NCBI GenBank assembly: GCA_025603075.1
Contig: MU626470.1
Location: forward strand, 1 to 32,686
Direction: 5' to 3'
Length of the DNA: 32,686 nucleotides
Source: Neoconidiobolus thromboides FSU 785
Taxonomy: Eukaryota; Fungi; Entomophthoromycota
Part shown: positions 10,881-23,108 of the stretch, piece by piece
How the letters are laid out: each line of letters opens with the position of its first letter
How positions within the stretch are numbered: position 1 is the first letter of the stretch
Notes under the pieces: generated by a model
Told to the model about the DNA's origin: nothing
Databases searched by the model: none
What the model saw: the letters and a program-made list of their open reading frames with translations, nothing else
Translations under genes and position numbers: made by a program

Positions 10881-11198
10881 TTAATAAATAAACAAAGTTA
10901 ATCCTACTTTATATGTATACTTTTTTGTGTATAAAGTTCTTTATAAACAAAATAAATTTATAATATTATATTATAAATATCAATAGTGAATAATCGCCTA
11001 AAGTTAAAGCAATGAAAAATGTTGAAAAAATAAAATTAATAAAATATTATAGGAATTTTACTAGTCTAAGTTCATTAAGGCTAAATTCTTTAGTTTTTGT
11101 ATAATCAAAAATTAGATTTATTTTTTACATTGTAAATTATTGAATATAATATTATAGTTTTCAAATCCATGCGAGTTATATTTTAAATTGTACTATAT

Positions 11199-11296
11199 GG
11201 GGATATATTTTTATATTTATGAACTTTACTAACGATTTTTCCGCTCAAATAGGGCTTAAAGATGGAAAAAGTAATGAAACCAAAAAAAATATCCCC
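11199..11296 (-). mobile_element. MITE-like TIR element copy G
   Basis: GGGGATATATTTTTATATTTATGAAC...AAAAATATCCCC; flanks ATAT/ATAT; lies between cyclophilin paralogs 1 and 2. Confidence 0.87.
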
Positions 11297-11503
11297 ATAT
11301 ATTTTTTAATGAAGTGTAATAACCAAAACTTTTATTAAAATTGGTACTGAGTAATATGGTCATGAGATTAAGCAATATTAAAAAACGACTAAATTTAACC
11401 AATGAAAAAAGAACAAATCAATGTAAGGCATTTTACTAAATATTTTAGATTAGCAACACTATAAATATTCATAAAGTAAAGTTTCTTTTCACTTATCTTA
11501 AAA

Positions 11504-12401
11504 ATGAAGTTTTATATTTTCAGTACATTATTGTTATTAAGCTTAGCCTTAAACGTATTTGCCACTACTGGTCCAAAAATTACTAACAAAGTATTTTTTG
11601 ACATTAAACATGGTGATAAAAAGTTAGGTCGTATTATCATTGGACTTTATGGTAAAACCGTACCAAAAACAGGTATTCATATTGATATATTATGCTTTAG
11701 TTTTTATTTATCATTTAATAGTTGAAAACTTCCGTGCATTGGCTACTGGTGAAGTAAATATTCTTAACAATTCATTTTTTATTTTAATCCTATTTTATTT
11801 TTATTAGAAAGGTTATGGTTATAAAAGCTCTGGTTTCCACCGTGTTATTAGTGTAACAATATTTAACTATTATTTAAATGAAAAATTAAGTAACAAATTA
11901 TAGGACTTTATGATTCAAGGTGGTGATTTTACTAAAGGGGATGGTACTGGTGGTAAATCTATCTATGGTGAAAAATTTGCTGATGAAAACTTTAAACTTA
12001 AGCATACTGGACCAGGTAATATTTATCTATAATTTAACGAATAGTATTTAAAGAAATAAGGCGTATTATCTATGGCTAATGCTGGAAAAGATACTAATGG
12101 CTCCCAAGTAATTTGAATTACCTTTTATTTCATCAAAAACTAATGTTATTATTCAGTTCTTTATTACTACCGTAAAAACTTCATGGTTAGATAACAAGCA
12201 TGTTGGTAAGTTGTACAATTAATTAAATGTGAACCATATTAAAATTTTAAAGTATTTGGTCGTGTTATTGAAGGTATGAATATTGTTTCTGAAATTGAGA
12301 AAGTACCCACTAACTTAGGTAATAACAAACCAAAAGAAGATGTTGTTATTGCTGATTGTGGTGAAATCAAAGTTGACGAAGAACAAAATGATGAACTTTA
12401 A
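11504..12401 (+). CDS. cypB: Cyclophilin B, ER-resident peptidyl-prolyl isomerase (paralog 2), 7 exons
   Basis: Signal peptide; intact motifs [31 protein letters not shown] and [11 protein letters not shown]; C-terminal EEQNDEL* resembles an HDEL/KDEL retention signal. Confidence 0.93.
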
Positions 12402-12725
12402 ATAAATTCATTCCCCTTAAAAATTGTTTTATTCATTTATTAACCGTCTAATTTTTGTTAAAAGTACACTAGTTGATATTAAACTATTATCATTGTTAAT
12501 AAAAATACTTTATTTTAAATTAAATGGTATTTTAATTGATAGCATAAATAGTCAAATATTGAGATTATTCTTCACTTATAAATAAAACATTTGAAATCTT
12601 AATCTCATGATTCAAGAAAAGTCGAAATTGTTGTAATGATATAAATTAAAATTATAATTTTTATTTAAATGATTGTTCAAAGAAAATTACATATATCATA
12701 ATTTTTAATACTTAATTCATCTAAA

Positions 12726-13102
12726 TCAGCTGCTATTTCTACGCGTAGCATCTTGTAATAAAGCAAAGTCAACATCTTTAGAGCTTAATTGAACATATCT
12801 TACAACAGAACCACGTATAAAACAATTTTTTAAGGACAACTAAAATTTTATAAAATATTAAGTAATGATAAATGATAACAAATTATAATATGTACCATAT
12901 GGGGATATCTTTCTTGATCCTGAACTTCAATTTTATCCAATTTTAAATTCAAAAATTGATCTACTGAAACTAAAATCCCATTTATTGATAGATCATTTTT
13001 CAATTCAACTGTCACTGTTTTACCAACTAAGGTTTTAAAGAAAGAATAAAATAGCTAAATATTATTAATTGAGTATTAGGGATCAAAATAATATATTACC
13101 AT
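12726..13102 (-). CDS. LSM2: U6 snRNA-associated Sm-like protein LSm2, 2 introns
   Basis: The first coding exon is ATG only. Then LFYSFFKTLVGKTVTVELKNDLSINGILVSVDQFLNLKLD...ERYPHM|LSLKNCFIRGSVVRYVQL...LLQDATRR. Confidence 0.95.
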
Positions 13103-13807
13103 ATTAAAAGTTTAATTTAAACAAAATAATTTTGGAATACTTAAAATAATGGTTGAAGCCATTTCTATATTTAACTTTGATTGGTTGGTTAATAAAAATG
13201 AGTACATAGTTATAAGGGAGCTGCTAAAAACAACAGTTATTTTAGTGATAACATGTAAGACGTCATTTTTTACTAAATTTTCTTTTTTAATCTAAAATTT
13301 ACAAAATTTAATAACAAATATAATCCAATCAAATTCTGGGGTAAGTTTATTGCAGTTTAATTTAAGATTAAATTTCAGCCAAAAAGTGCTATTTTAATTT
13401 TTGATAAACTTTTATATTAACTCTAACCATAACCTCAGGACTAGAGTGAGTTTTAAAGATTATTAACTTTAAATCAAGTCACTAAAAATAAAGTTAGATT
13501 TAGCCCAAATTAAAATTTCATGTTATCATCAAAATAATGTTATTTTAGAAATTCCTTAATTATAAGTTTAATATACTTTGGCGTTTTATAATGTGATTAT
13601 TTTATATGTTATGTTGTCTATTGTTTAGTTTTTATCAATATTGTTATTTAAGTAAAATGATACATATAAGATTACAAAAAATTGAAAATCATTTAATAGA
13701 AATATAGACATAATAATAAATAGAGATATAAAATATAATGGGATATAAATTAAAATGATATAAAAAATAATAGCGTGACTCATGTTTAATGTTTAATTTA
13801 ACAAGAA

Positions 13808-14909
13808 TCAATTTAACGATGTCGCTTTAATAATGTACCTAAATATATAGTTGTTAAATATTATTAAACTTTAATTACTTATGTTGAATTTTACCCTTTA
13901 CTTGCAGCAATACCCCTTGCTTTAAACATGATGGTATATCTTATTGCCCATTTTGGAGTATATTTTTTAGTTTGAAGCGGAGAATTTGATACTATTTTAT
14001 CAAAGTTTTGCTGTGAAATTAAATCTTCAAAATATTAAGTAATGTAGATAAATTATTATATTCAAATTACCGCTTGGATCAATATGAGTGTATAGTTTGA
14101 TATTAGTTTCTTTAGCGTACTCCCTTAAATCTTTTGGTATTACACAACAGTCTGTTAAATTAATTTGATTTGCTACTGGTTTAATCTATTCGTTTATCTA
14201 AATGGATGTATTTAATGATAATAGCAGTTTACGTTTACCTTTGAATTATCGTAAAGTTCTTTTAGTAGCTTTTTTGAAAACTCGCTTATTCCTAGAGTAT
14301 TAACTTTACCATCTTCAACTTGGGCTTCCATTCTCTATATCTTATTCAGTATGCTCTTATTAAGTTAAATTTACTACTTACCTTCCAAATTTTACTAACA
14401 AGTTCATTATTAAAGTTCTTAAGCTCGATGTCTTCATCTTCTTGTAAATATAAACCATTAAATGCAACAAATAAAGAATCAAGTCTTTTTATGTTCAGAG
14501 TTTTCAAAACAACATCAACTGCCTCTGATACATAGCATTCCTTAGGTTCTTCATTACTATCCAAAAAAAAAATCTTTGCTATGATATATAATTACTGATG
14601 AATTAGTAATGAAATAGGAAGGTTTTACCAGATACTTCAAGGTCGTTTTCTAATAATGTATCAAACTCTGAAGTTTTAGGCAATTCTAATTTTATCAATG
14701 GGGAATTTGCATCTTCAACATTAGCTTCTTTAAGCACTAATTCTAAACTTTCAACTAACTATTACAAGTTAATATTTAAAAAAACATATTAGATAACTAA
14801 GTACCTCTTCTGATACTTTTTTTAAGGTCCCAGTAAGTACAGCGTTTTGAGCAGTACTTAATAAATTAGGAGTATGAATTAATAAGCTATTTTCGACCAT
14901 ATTTGACAT
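13808..14909 (-). CDS. GCLM: Glutamate-cysteine ligase modifier (regulatory) subunit, aldo-keto reductase fold, multi-intron
   Basis: Spliced motifs LLIHTPNL, VSAKIFF, WKRMEAQVEDGKVNTLGISEF, NQINLTDCCVIPKDL...LYTHID, and C-terminal PKWAIRYTIMFKARGIAASKGYII, all typical of GCLM. Confidence 0.82.
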
Positions 14910-15654
14910 AATTTTGAATTATATTTTTCATAAAAAGATAATTTTTGATTTTTGATTAATAATTATTTATCCATTTAATTATTAATCATTTTTTGGTATA
15001 TTTTAGTAGGGTTTACTATCAGAATTTCTATTTTTGCATTATATTTTATTCCTAAAATTAGCGACATAATCTCATGAAAATTTTAACTTATCATTTCTTA
15101 TAAAAAGAGTTCTTGAAAGCTTAAAAAGCTGTGTTGGTTTTAACCAAATTTTTAAACTTCAATGTTTATATTGTATTTAGATAAGCCATTAGTAAAGAAG
15201 ATAAAGTATACAGCTAGACATTATGTTATCAATATTGTAGTTTTAATATTGATCTCAATAGATACAAAAAATAGGATTCCACAATTTAGCTTTGCAAAAC
15301 TCATATAGAAGTATCTTTTTATTTAATATTTTATTTATTTTATAGCATAAAAGTTAAATATTATTATCAAATATTGGAGCAAAAAAGAATTCACTTAACT
15401 GAATTTAAAATTGAAATAGAATCTATTCAAAGTACTGCTTAATTTACAATTTTGGAAGGAAGAAAAATAAAAAAAAATTAAAACCTAGGTCTAAACTAAA
15501 CAATATAAATAAAAATGAAATTTTGGATATTCAGTATCATTAGAAATAGTTTATTATCATGATAACAAAACTACTGTTCCTTTGGTAGCTAATATTTGTT
15601 AAATGCTCTAGTATATAGCTACAATAGCCAATCATTTCATAATAGTAGTGGGAG

Positions 15655-16610
15655 TTAATAATAATGATTAAAATCTTTAATTTCACCGCAATCAATTATT
15701 TTAACAGGTTCTAATGGCTTATCTTCTAATGGAGAGTTTTCTAAACCAAACAAAAGATTTAATAACTTATAACTTGAAAATAGATTATTTTACTTGGGTA
15801 TGTCTTAACTTTAGAAATTTTATATACTAATGGCATCCCTTCAACTACACGCCCAAATACTAAAATATTTATTAAATGTTCGACAAATAAAGTTATTACA
15901 TACCAACATGCTTTCCATCTAAATGTTTTAATCTTGATGTAGTAATAAAAAACTAAAATATGTTAGATAACAGAAAAAAGTTAAGCCGTATAATTACTTG
16001 TGAGCCGTTAGCATCTTTTTTAGCATTTGCCATGGACAATACGCCTGTTCAAATAGTATTTATTATATTGTTAACTATGTATATTATAGCAATTACCTGG
16101 CGTTTCATGACCATAAAGGAAATTTTCATCTTCAAATCTATCGCCGTAAATTGATTTACCGCCCATACCGTTACCCATAGTAAAGTCTCCGCCTTGAATC
16201 ATGAAATTCTAATTTTATTTTTTAGCGTAAATAAAAATGAATTTATTTATTTTACTTCTATAACTCGATGAAAGGTAGAACCTTTATAACCAAAACCTTT
16301 CTAACACATTTAAAGTTATCTTTATGTACTCATATAAATAAATAATTATTTACCTCCCCTGTTGCTAATTGAAGGAAGTTCTCGGCTAAATTATATAAAA
16401 ATTCATTTTAATTTATGTTATTGCAATAATATATTATATACCAGTCTTTGGTACGTCTTTGGCGTATAAACCTAATACTATTCTACCCATTTCTTTTTCG
16501 CCAATCTTAATATCAAAGTAAACTTGTTTTGTTATAATTGGTTTGTTTGTTCTTAATGATTGAACTATATTGATTATGGTTAACAATAATATTATAAATA
16601 ATAACTTCAT
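15655..16610 (-). CDS. Secretory cyclophilin (cyclophilin B-like) paralog 3, 8 exons
   Basis: Exons 16610-16442, 16385-16354, 16300-16256, 16208-16097, 16044-15998, 15952-15904, then two more exons ending at TAA 15657-15655, all in frame. Signal peptide MKLLFII...VQS; [43 protein letters not shown]; ends [10 protein letters not shown]. Confidence 0.88.
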
Positions 16611-17296
16611 CTTGTTTGCTTTTCTAATTAAGATAAAAAAATCGAATTTAAAAATCAAAATTTTAAGCATAATTTTTACCCAAATTACTTCTGATCCCAG
16701 GATAACTAACTTGTTTATTCTTAAGAATATTATAAGAATATTTGAAAGAATCTTAATAGTATTATATATGTTATACTTAATAACGTCAAGTTAAAACGTT
16801 GATCATATCAAATAACCTTATAGTCATATATCCAATAAAAGGGTATAAAATACTATTGTACTTTGCTATAATTAATATAATGATAAAATTATGGTATTTA
16901 TAATTTAATTAAAAGGGGAATTTTGGAGGTGTTTTTGCTTATTTTTTAAGTGTAGCAGTAATCTATTGTTTTGAATGTTTAAGAATAAATAAAATATTGA
17001 TATATTAGTTAATATTTTATTTATTTTTTTAATATTTAAATTTAAACTACTCAATTGTTAAAAAACAACAGAATTTATTCATAATTTTTAAAATGTTTTA
17101 CACTAAAGCTAGTTATAAATTAATAAATATAAATATAAATCTACATTAAATGTGTATCTGTTAAAACATATTATTAAATAATTACTCATTGTTTTTCATT
17201 AATCGCCTTTTCTACTATTTTATTAAATTTTTCATGATATTTATGAAAGTGCATATATGTTAAGACGAATTGCTAATTATAAGTTATACAAAAAAG

Positions 17297-19733
17297 TTAC
17301 TGTGAAGTTGAAAGTGTGCTGATTGGCAACGAATCTGGTAAATCCAAATTATCAATTCCATGTACTGTACTTGTAGGTGTGATATTAGGTATTTTTATCG
17401 ATTGTTTGGGGCTTCGAACATTCCTTCCTCTTAAACAGTTACGAAGTGCTCTGCTAGCAAACACCGTTAATCCTAAATTAGACCAATCTTCTTCATGGAG
17501 ATCTCTCAAATCACCTACCGTTACCACATCTTGGGTTTTAAGCTTAATCAGCCACTCGGAAGCTTTATCTGCCCCTCGGTTGGTCAAGGAAGCGGTATCA
17601 AACACTATTTCTTCGATTGGAGAGTCATCGGAATATTCTAAGAAAGAAGATGAGCGTGTATAAATTGGAAATGAATCCGGTGGGATATTTTCTTCAATGC
17701 TTTTCTTAATACCTTTGTTTATCAACGTTTCCCCATCATCATTATCATTATCCCATTCCCCATGGGTAGATCTTCTTGATGCTTGGCTACTAGTTGGCTG
17801 TGGTGTTTGTGGATCTGGTGGTGAATTATAACCATCATCATCGCTTTTATTGCCACTCAACAATTTAAAGGCACTCATTAAGAGATTTTTTCCACTAGAA
17901 AGGCTCGAGAAGCTTGCTTGGTTATCACTGTCTGAATTTTTGTTTTTAGGCTCTGGAATTGGTATAGAAGAAGGTGTGCTTCCACCAGGCTTATTTTTCT
18001 CTTCTGCAGCCCTTGCTCTTTGTTCTGAAATTACTGCCTTTTTTTCTGCTTCATTTGCTCTTTCCGCGGCCATAGCCAATTCTTTTTTTGCATTGTGAAG
18101 CGCTTCTTCTATACTTGCAGATTTATGCCATGTGTGGCGATTTTCTTTTGTACTGCTTGATTCTCCTAATGTAGGGCGATTTAAGCCCCTAAGAATCCTA
18201 TTTATTTCAAAAGTGATAAGGTGCTGATATCTTTGAGGTAATACTTGCTCTTCAATCTTTTAAAATGTAAATATCATAATTATTAGTATCAAATTATTTA
18301 CCATCTCTTTTACGACTTCCTCAGCAGTATCATTATCAACATTGAAATCAAATTTAACTGACAATTTATCTGTGCCTTTAAATACAACTTGAAGCAAAAG
18401 ATTCTTTTTAGAATCAACATTTAGCAATATCACTTCGGGATCAACTGCTAAAAAAGTATGTTCTAACATTTCTTGTGCCGTTGGTCTAAATTAATAATTT
18501 AACAAACCATTTGATGATACTTTAAGCATAGAATTACCTATCATTTTCTGATCCTAAACAACTATTGATTAATCCCAAAATATCACTATCTTGGACTTTC
18601 TTTAAACATTCCGGCTTTATACCCTATTTTTGTGATCAAAGTAGTTTAATAAAGATATATATTAATATACCTGAGAAACCCTTCGATAAATTTGAGCAGC
18701 ATTATTACATTCACTATATGGATAATCACCTGTGACCATTTCAAGTAAACACATACCAAATGCATAAATATCCACTTTTTCATTATAACCCTTTTCTTCA
18801 TACATTTCTGGTGCCATAAATTCAGGTGTTCCTAAAAATAATTATAAAAAAGTTCTGATGAAATAATTGAAATTACCTATAACTGTATATTTTTTTCCCA
18901 ATTTCATTTTAGCAGTGCCCATATCACCTATTTTAACTTCACCGTGAGCACCATTTATAAATATATTATCACATTTAATGTCACGGTGAATAATAGTGGG
19001 ATTATATGAATGGAGATATGCAAGCCCTTTTAATATCTGTCTAGACCATCTCTTTATAATCCGTGTGTTTGGTATCTGGAGTTTATGAATATACCTTTTA
19101 AAATTAAATAAAAGAGAAAATGATAAAATAAAATAAAATAAAATACTCTCGTAAGGTTCCAGATGTCATTAGTTCAGTAACAAATATAAATTCATTGTTT
19201 GTGTACCAACAATCATGGAATGCTATTATATTCGGATGGCGCACTTTTTTAAGGATTTCAATTTCTGAACTAAAATCCATAAACTCAGCTTTCGTGGTAT
19301 GCTATTGAGAAGGTGAGTTATATTTAACTAAAATATAAATTATGTACTTGAAAGCAATTCCAAGCTACTTCAAAGCCTTCATCTCTGTCGATTCCTTTAT
19401 AGACTATTTTATACGCGCCTTTTCCAAGTAACACGCTAAGCTATAAATACATTAATTTATATAAATTTAAAAGAAAAAACTAACTTTAGCATATCTTCCA
19501 CGTGGACCTAACTCAATTATTTTTTCAATTTTTTTTGTTAAGGTGTTTGTGGCTTCTAAATTATCATTGCTCATTAGTCTTTGGTTATCCTGTAGTGGGT
19601 TGAATATTGCATCGTTCAAAGATGGGAGTTGAAAAAATTCTGGTGAGCCACGGTTAAGGGAATTGTTTCTTGTCAAAAAAGCATTTGTGCTTTCATTGGC
19701 GTTTATTTCAAGGTCTTCTTGGTAAAATGACAT
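17297..19733 (-). CDS. WNK-family Ser/Thr kinase with a CCT/PF2-like segment and a C-terminal SAM-like domain, 6 introns
   Basis: Gly-loop [11 protein letters not shown] carries the displaced lysine; subdomain II EVAWN lacks the canonical Lys. Also [50 protein letters not shown] and the C-terminal [27 protein letters not shown] segment. Confidence 0.9.
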
Positions 19734-20790
19734 TTTATAATAAGTTTATTTGCTATAATAGTTTATGACTATTTCCTTAAATAGGATGTTGACTAATCCT
19801 TAAATCGGATATCTCTTGATGAGAATGAAATATAATGAAATCCAGTTTGGAATTAATAGAGTTGTATGTACACTATCAGCAATTCTAATATATACTTCTA
19901 TTAAATTTAGTAAAACGATTGAAAGGAACCCAAAATTTCATTTTTTTGGCTTTTACTGTTCCTCTCCAAATAAATAAATCATCTGCTATTTTAACCAATA
20001 GAAGGGTTCCAATAATAATTTAAGCCAATAAAAGTAAATAAAATGTAATGTGTTTTTAATTAGTAAAGCATGGTGTAATTTAGGTATTATAACTGCCAGG
20101 AATATTTTTTTTGGGCTAAAACTTCAGACATGAATTTTTTATAGAACATTAATAAATTAGACAGCTAATGTAAACAAAATAAAACAAAGCAACTTTTTAG
20201 TTTCATAATTAAATATGTTTAAAGTATTAGTTACTTTTAACATCACTAATCTAAAAGTATTGCTCTTTTATTATAATTTAGTGACGAATCAATCATTATT
20301 TAAATAATGTTAAAATCTTTTATTTCTAGTATATTTATGATCAAGTTTTTATCAAGTTCATACTAAGTATTATTATTATTTAGCTATATTTAATATAGTA
20401 GATTAAATAATTTTAATAAAAAAATTAACTATTTTTGATCTATAAGTTAGTTTAAAAGTTCAATTTAATTTTGTTTAATTTTGATTTTTAACAAGAATTG
20501 CAACTATGCAGTGCTATAAATTTTTTACTTTTTTGCTCAAAATAATCCATATTAGAACATTTTTTTATACAATTTTAATAGTTTTCCTAAATTTTACGCT
20601 ATATAGAGATTGGACAAAAAGTGAAATGGAAAATTTTACCTTTAATTTCAGCTAAGCCTCTAAACCTACTCTTACTTCTTATCAAAATGCTTTATTTACT
20701 TTAATCTATTTTTACTCTACTAAATATTTAATAAATTGCTTAGCTTTTATTATTTTTCAAGCAAGCCTATTATTAAGCTTTCTTATATAT

Positions 20791-20888
20791 GAGGATGTAT
20801 TTTTGTGTTTAAGAATTTTACTAACAAATTTTCTATTTAAATAGTGGTCAAGAGATGGAAAAAGTAATGAAGCTAAAAAAGCATCCCC
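20791..20888 (-). mobile_element. MITE-like TIR element copy H
   Basis: GAGGATGTATTTTTGTGTTTAAG...AAAAAAGCATCCCC; flanks ATAT/ATAT. Confidence 0.87.
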
Positions 20889-21514
20889 ATATCCTGTCGC
20901 AGATAATGAAGAATTTTACAGAAAGATTTTGTATTGAAGCTAGCAGATTGCAACAGTAAAGCTGCTTTTTGCAATATTGCTACTGTTTTTTAGAAAAAAA
21001 TAGTTCAAAAAAGTTACCAATAAAACTAATTTTATGCCATAAAAAATTAACTCTAAATGAAAATTAGCTTTTATAAAAAAAACTTAAAGATTAAGTACTG
21101 CTTTAGTTAAAACTATCATTTTTAAAATTAAAGTTTTTTAAATATCGTATTCTATAATTTAAATTAAATCTTGAAATCAAACACACAATATAAAATAAAG
21201 TATATCATAATACAATATCTTAGTATTTAAGTTTATTCATACTTCTGTATTTTAATATATTTCTCATTTTTAAAGTGATGATAAAAGCTTTAACTTTTTA
21301 AAAAGTGATGAAATTGTAATTAGAAAGGATTAATTTTTAGCAGCTTTTTACCATATAGGTTGATTTAGTATCAAACATCTTTAAAGAAAATTTACTTTAA
21401 TTTGAAAAATATAACGATTTAAATAGTTGAATCCATTAGTGCTATCATCAAATAGATACCGTGAGTAAAATAGACCAATATAAATGGTAGATGATGAAAG
21501 TAAAAAAAAAGTAT

Positions 21515-21612
21515 GAGGATATATTTCTTTGTTTAAGAATTTTACTAATAATCTTTACGCTCAAATAACGCTCAAAAAATGGAAAAAGTAATGAAACCAA
21601 AAAAACATCTTC
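21515..21612 (-). mobile_element. MITE-like TIR element copy I
   Basis: GAGGATATATTTCTTTGTTTAAG...AAAAACATCTTC; flanks GTAT/ATAT. Confidence 0.85.
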
Positions 21613-21987
21613 ATATACATATGTTCTAGAAAAAGAAAATAACACATTAATAAATTACAACGTAAATCTTTAATATAAAACACTATATTTTTTGACTTCT
21701 TTGTATAAAAATAACAACAGGAATCTTATGATTTCAACCCCAGTATTCAGTGTAGCTTTTTATCATTTATACATGTCTGAATTTAGATGATACTAATTGA
21801 TCTAAGCTATTTAATGATTTTCGCTGCTCTTCTTAATCTCAAATCTATTAAACAAATTTATATTAAGTTATCATATTGGGATATAAATAAACAATATTCT
21901 ATAAAATTCATTGTATAAAAATTAAACAAATTTTATAACACGTTTCAATTATTCTGACTTTATATATTTCAACTATAACTGTTAATA

Positions 21988-22266
21988 TCAGATATTCGTA
22001 GAGGTGTTTTTTTCCTCAAGTTCTTTTTTCTATTAAAAAGGTTATAACAAGCTATCAAATCTTAATTGTTTTACCTTTTTATCTGCCTCCATTCTATGTT
22101 TAGCAACATCTAAAGCGGAATTAACCGTAAAGCAAGTTTCGAGGGTAGCATATGCTTATTCATTAAGTTAAATTTAATGCTTGAGTTAATTTAATTTACC
22201 ACAGAAACCAACTATACTAAATACAAGTCCACGATGCAAAATATCTGCCAATTTTGATTTAAGCAT
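21988..22266 (-). CDS. COX14: COX14-like cytochrome c oxidase assembly microprotein, 62 aa, 3 exons (missed by the ORF track)
   Basis: Exons 22266-22200, 22154-22075 and 22029-21988, with two 45-nt GT-AG introns, give MLKSKLADILHRGLVFSIVGFCAYATLETCFTVNSALDVAKHRMEADKKKKELEEKNTSTNI*. The D..HR..V..L-type motif followed by a single TM segment fits the COX14 family. Confidence 0.7.
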
Positions 22267-23108
22267 CTTGATTTAAAAATAATATTTTCAAATTCTTTAT
22301 TAATATTTTAAAATCAATTTTAGTTTCTTGCAGTTTTTGGAAATTTAAATTAGGATTTGCAGAAAAAGCCAAGCAAAAAACGCCCTACTCTACTAGATAC
22401 TATTGACGCAACTGTTTAAGCTCAAATAAGCAATTTTTTGGAAAAATTCTTCAGCAATAATTTGCTTAATTGATTTTTTAAAGCTAAACTCTTAGGTCTT
22501 ATATTCATGCCTAAAATATTATTTACAAATGAATAGTTAATTGGCACATATTTGAACTTAAACAGCTGTGTTTGTGAGAAGATTCTTGGTTTTTTTTAAA
22601 GTTAACAGCAGACCTAAAATTTTTGCATTGTACTTCTATATTAAAAAGTACTATAAATGATCTCATTAGAAGATAGAACTTACAATTGAGTCGAAAATGG
22701 TACTCAAAATACAAAAGTAAATCAAAACATTTATTTAACTATTTGGGTATAGATGGAAGTTTAAACCGTTATGATTTTTCACCAAAGTTCAAATATAACA
22801 AGCTTAGGTCTTCACAGTTTTTTTTACAAAACAAAAGACTTTAGCACAAAACTTCAAACAATTGCCTCAAGTAGTTAAATATCTTTATTTAATTGTAATA
22901 TGTATTATTTTTTTAAAACTATGATTGATTATAAGTTAAATTCCTTTTTGTTAAAGAAAATCCCAATTAAATCCACGTCCCTATGATGAATTCATCCAAT
23001 TAAAGTAGACACAAGTCACAAACTTTAGTTAAATTTTATAAAATCAAAACAGTTGATTGAATTTATTTACACTATTGAATTTAAGGAATATTTAAACAGT
23101 AATACAAA

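Noticed and set aside
12897-12910. CATATGGGGATATC matching the MITE terminus
   Set aside because: It encodes the conserved LSm2 residues RYPHM; there is no element body or second TIR.
17316-18098. Plus-strand ORFs 17316-17663 and 17850-18098 (similarly 1876-2091, 3287-3490, 4784-5008, 5361-5549, 14320-14535, 15960-16154, 16570-16794, 23214-23459, 24542-24733, 30131-30331)
   Set aside because: They are antisense shadows of well-supported genes and have no recognisable motifs.
20941-20982. Small hairpin TAGCAGATTGCAA...TTGCAATATTGCTA
   Set aside because: Imperfect ~12-bp stem with no box motifs or second copy, so there is no support for an ncRNA call.
22523-22714. 63-aa minus-strand ORF between the COX14-like and SDS3-like genes
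   Set aside because: It has a non-ATG start, no motifs and intergenic-like composition; most likely promoter DNA.
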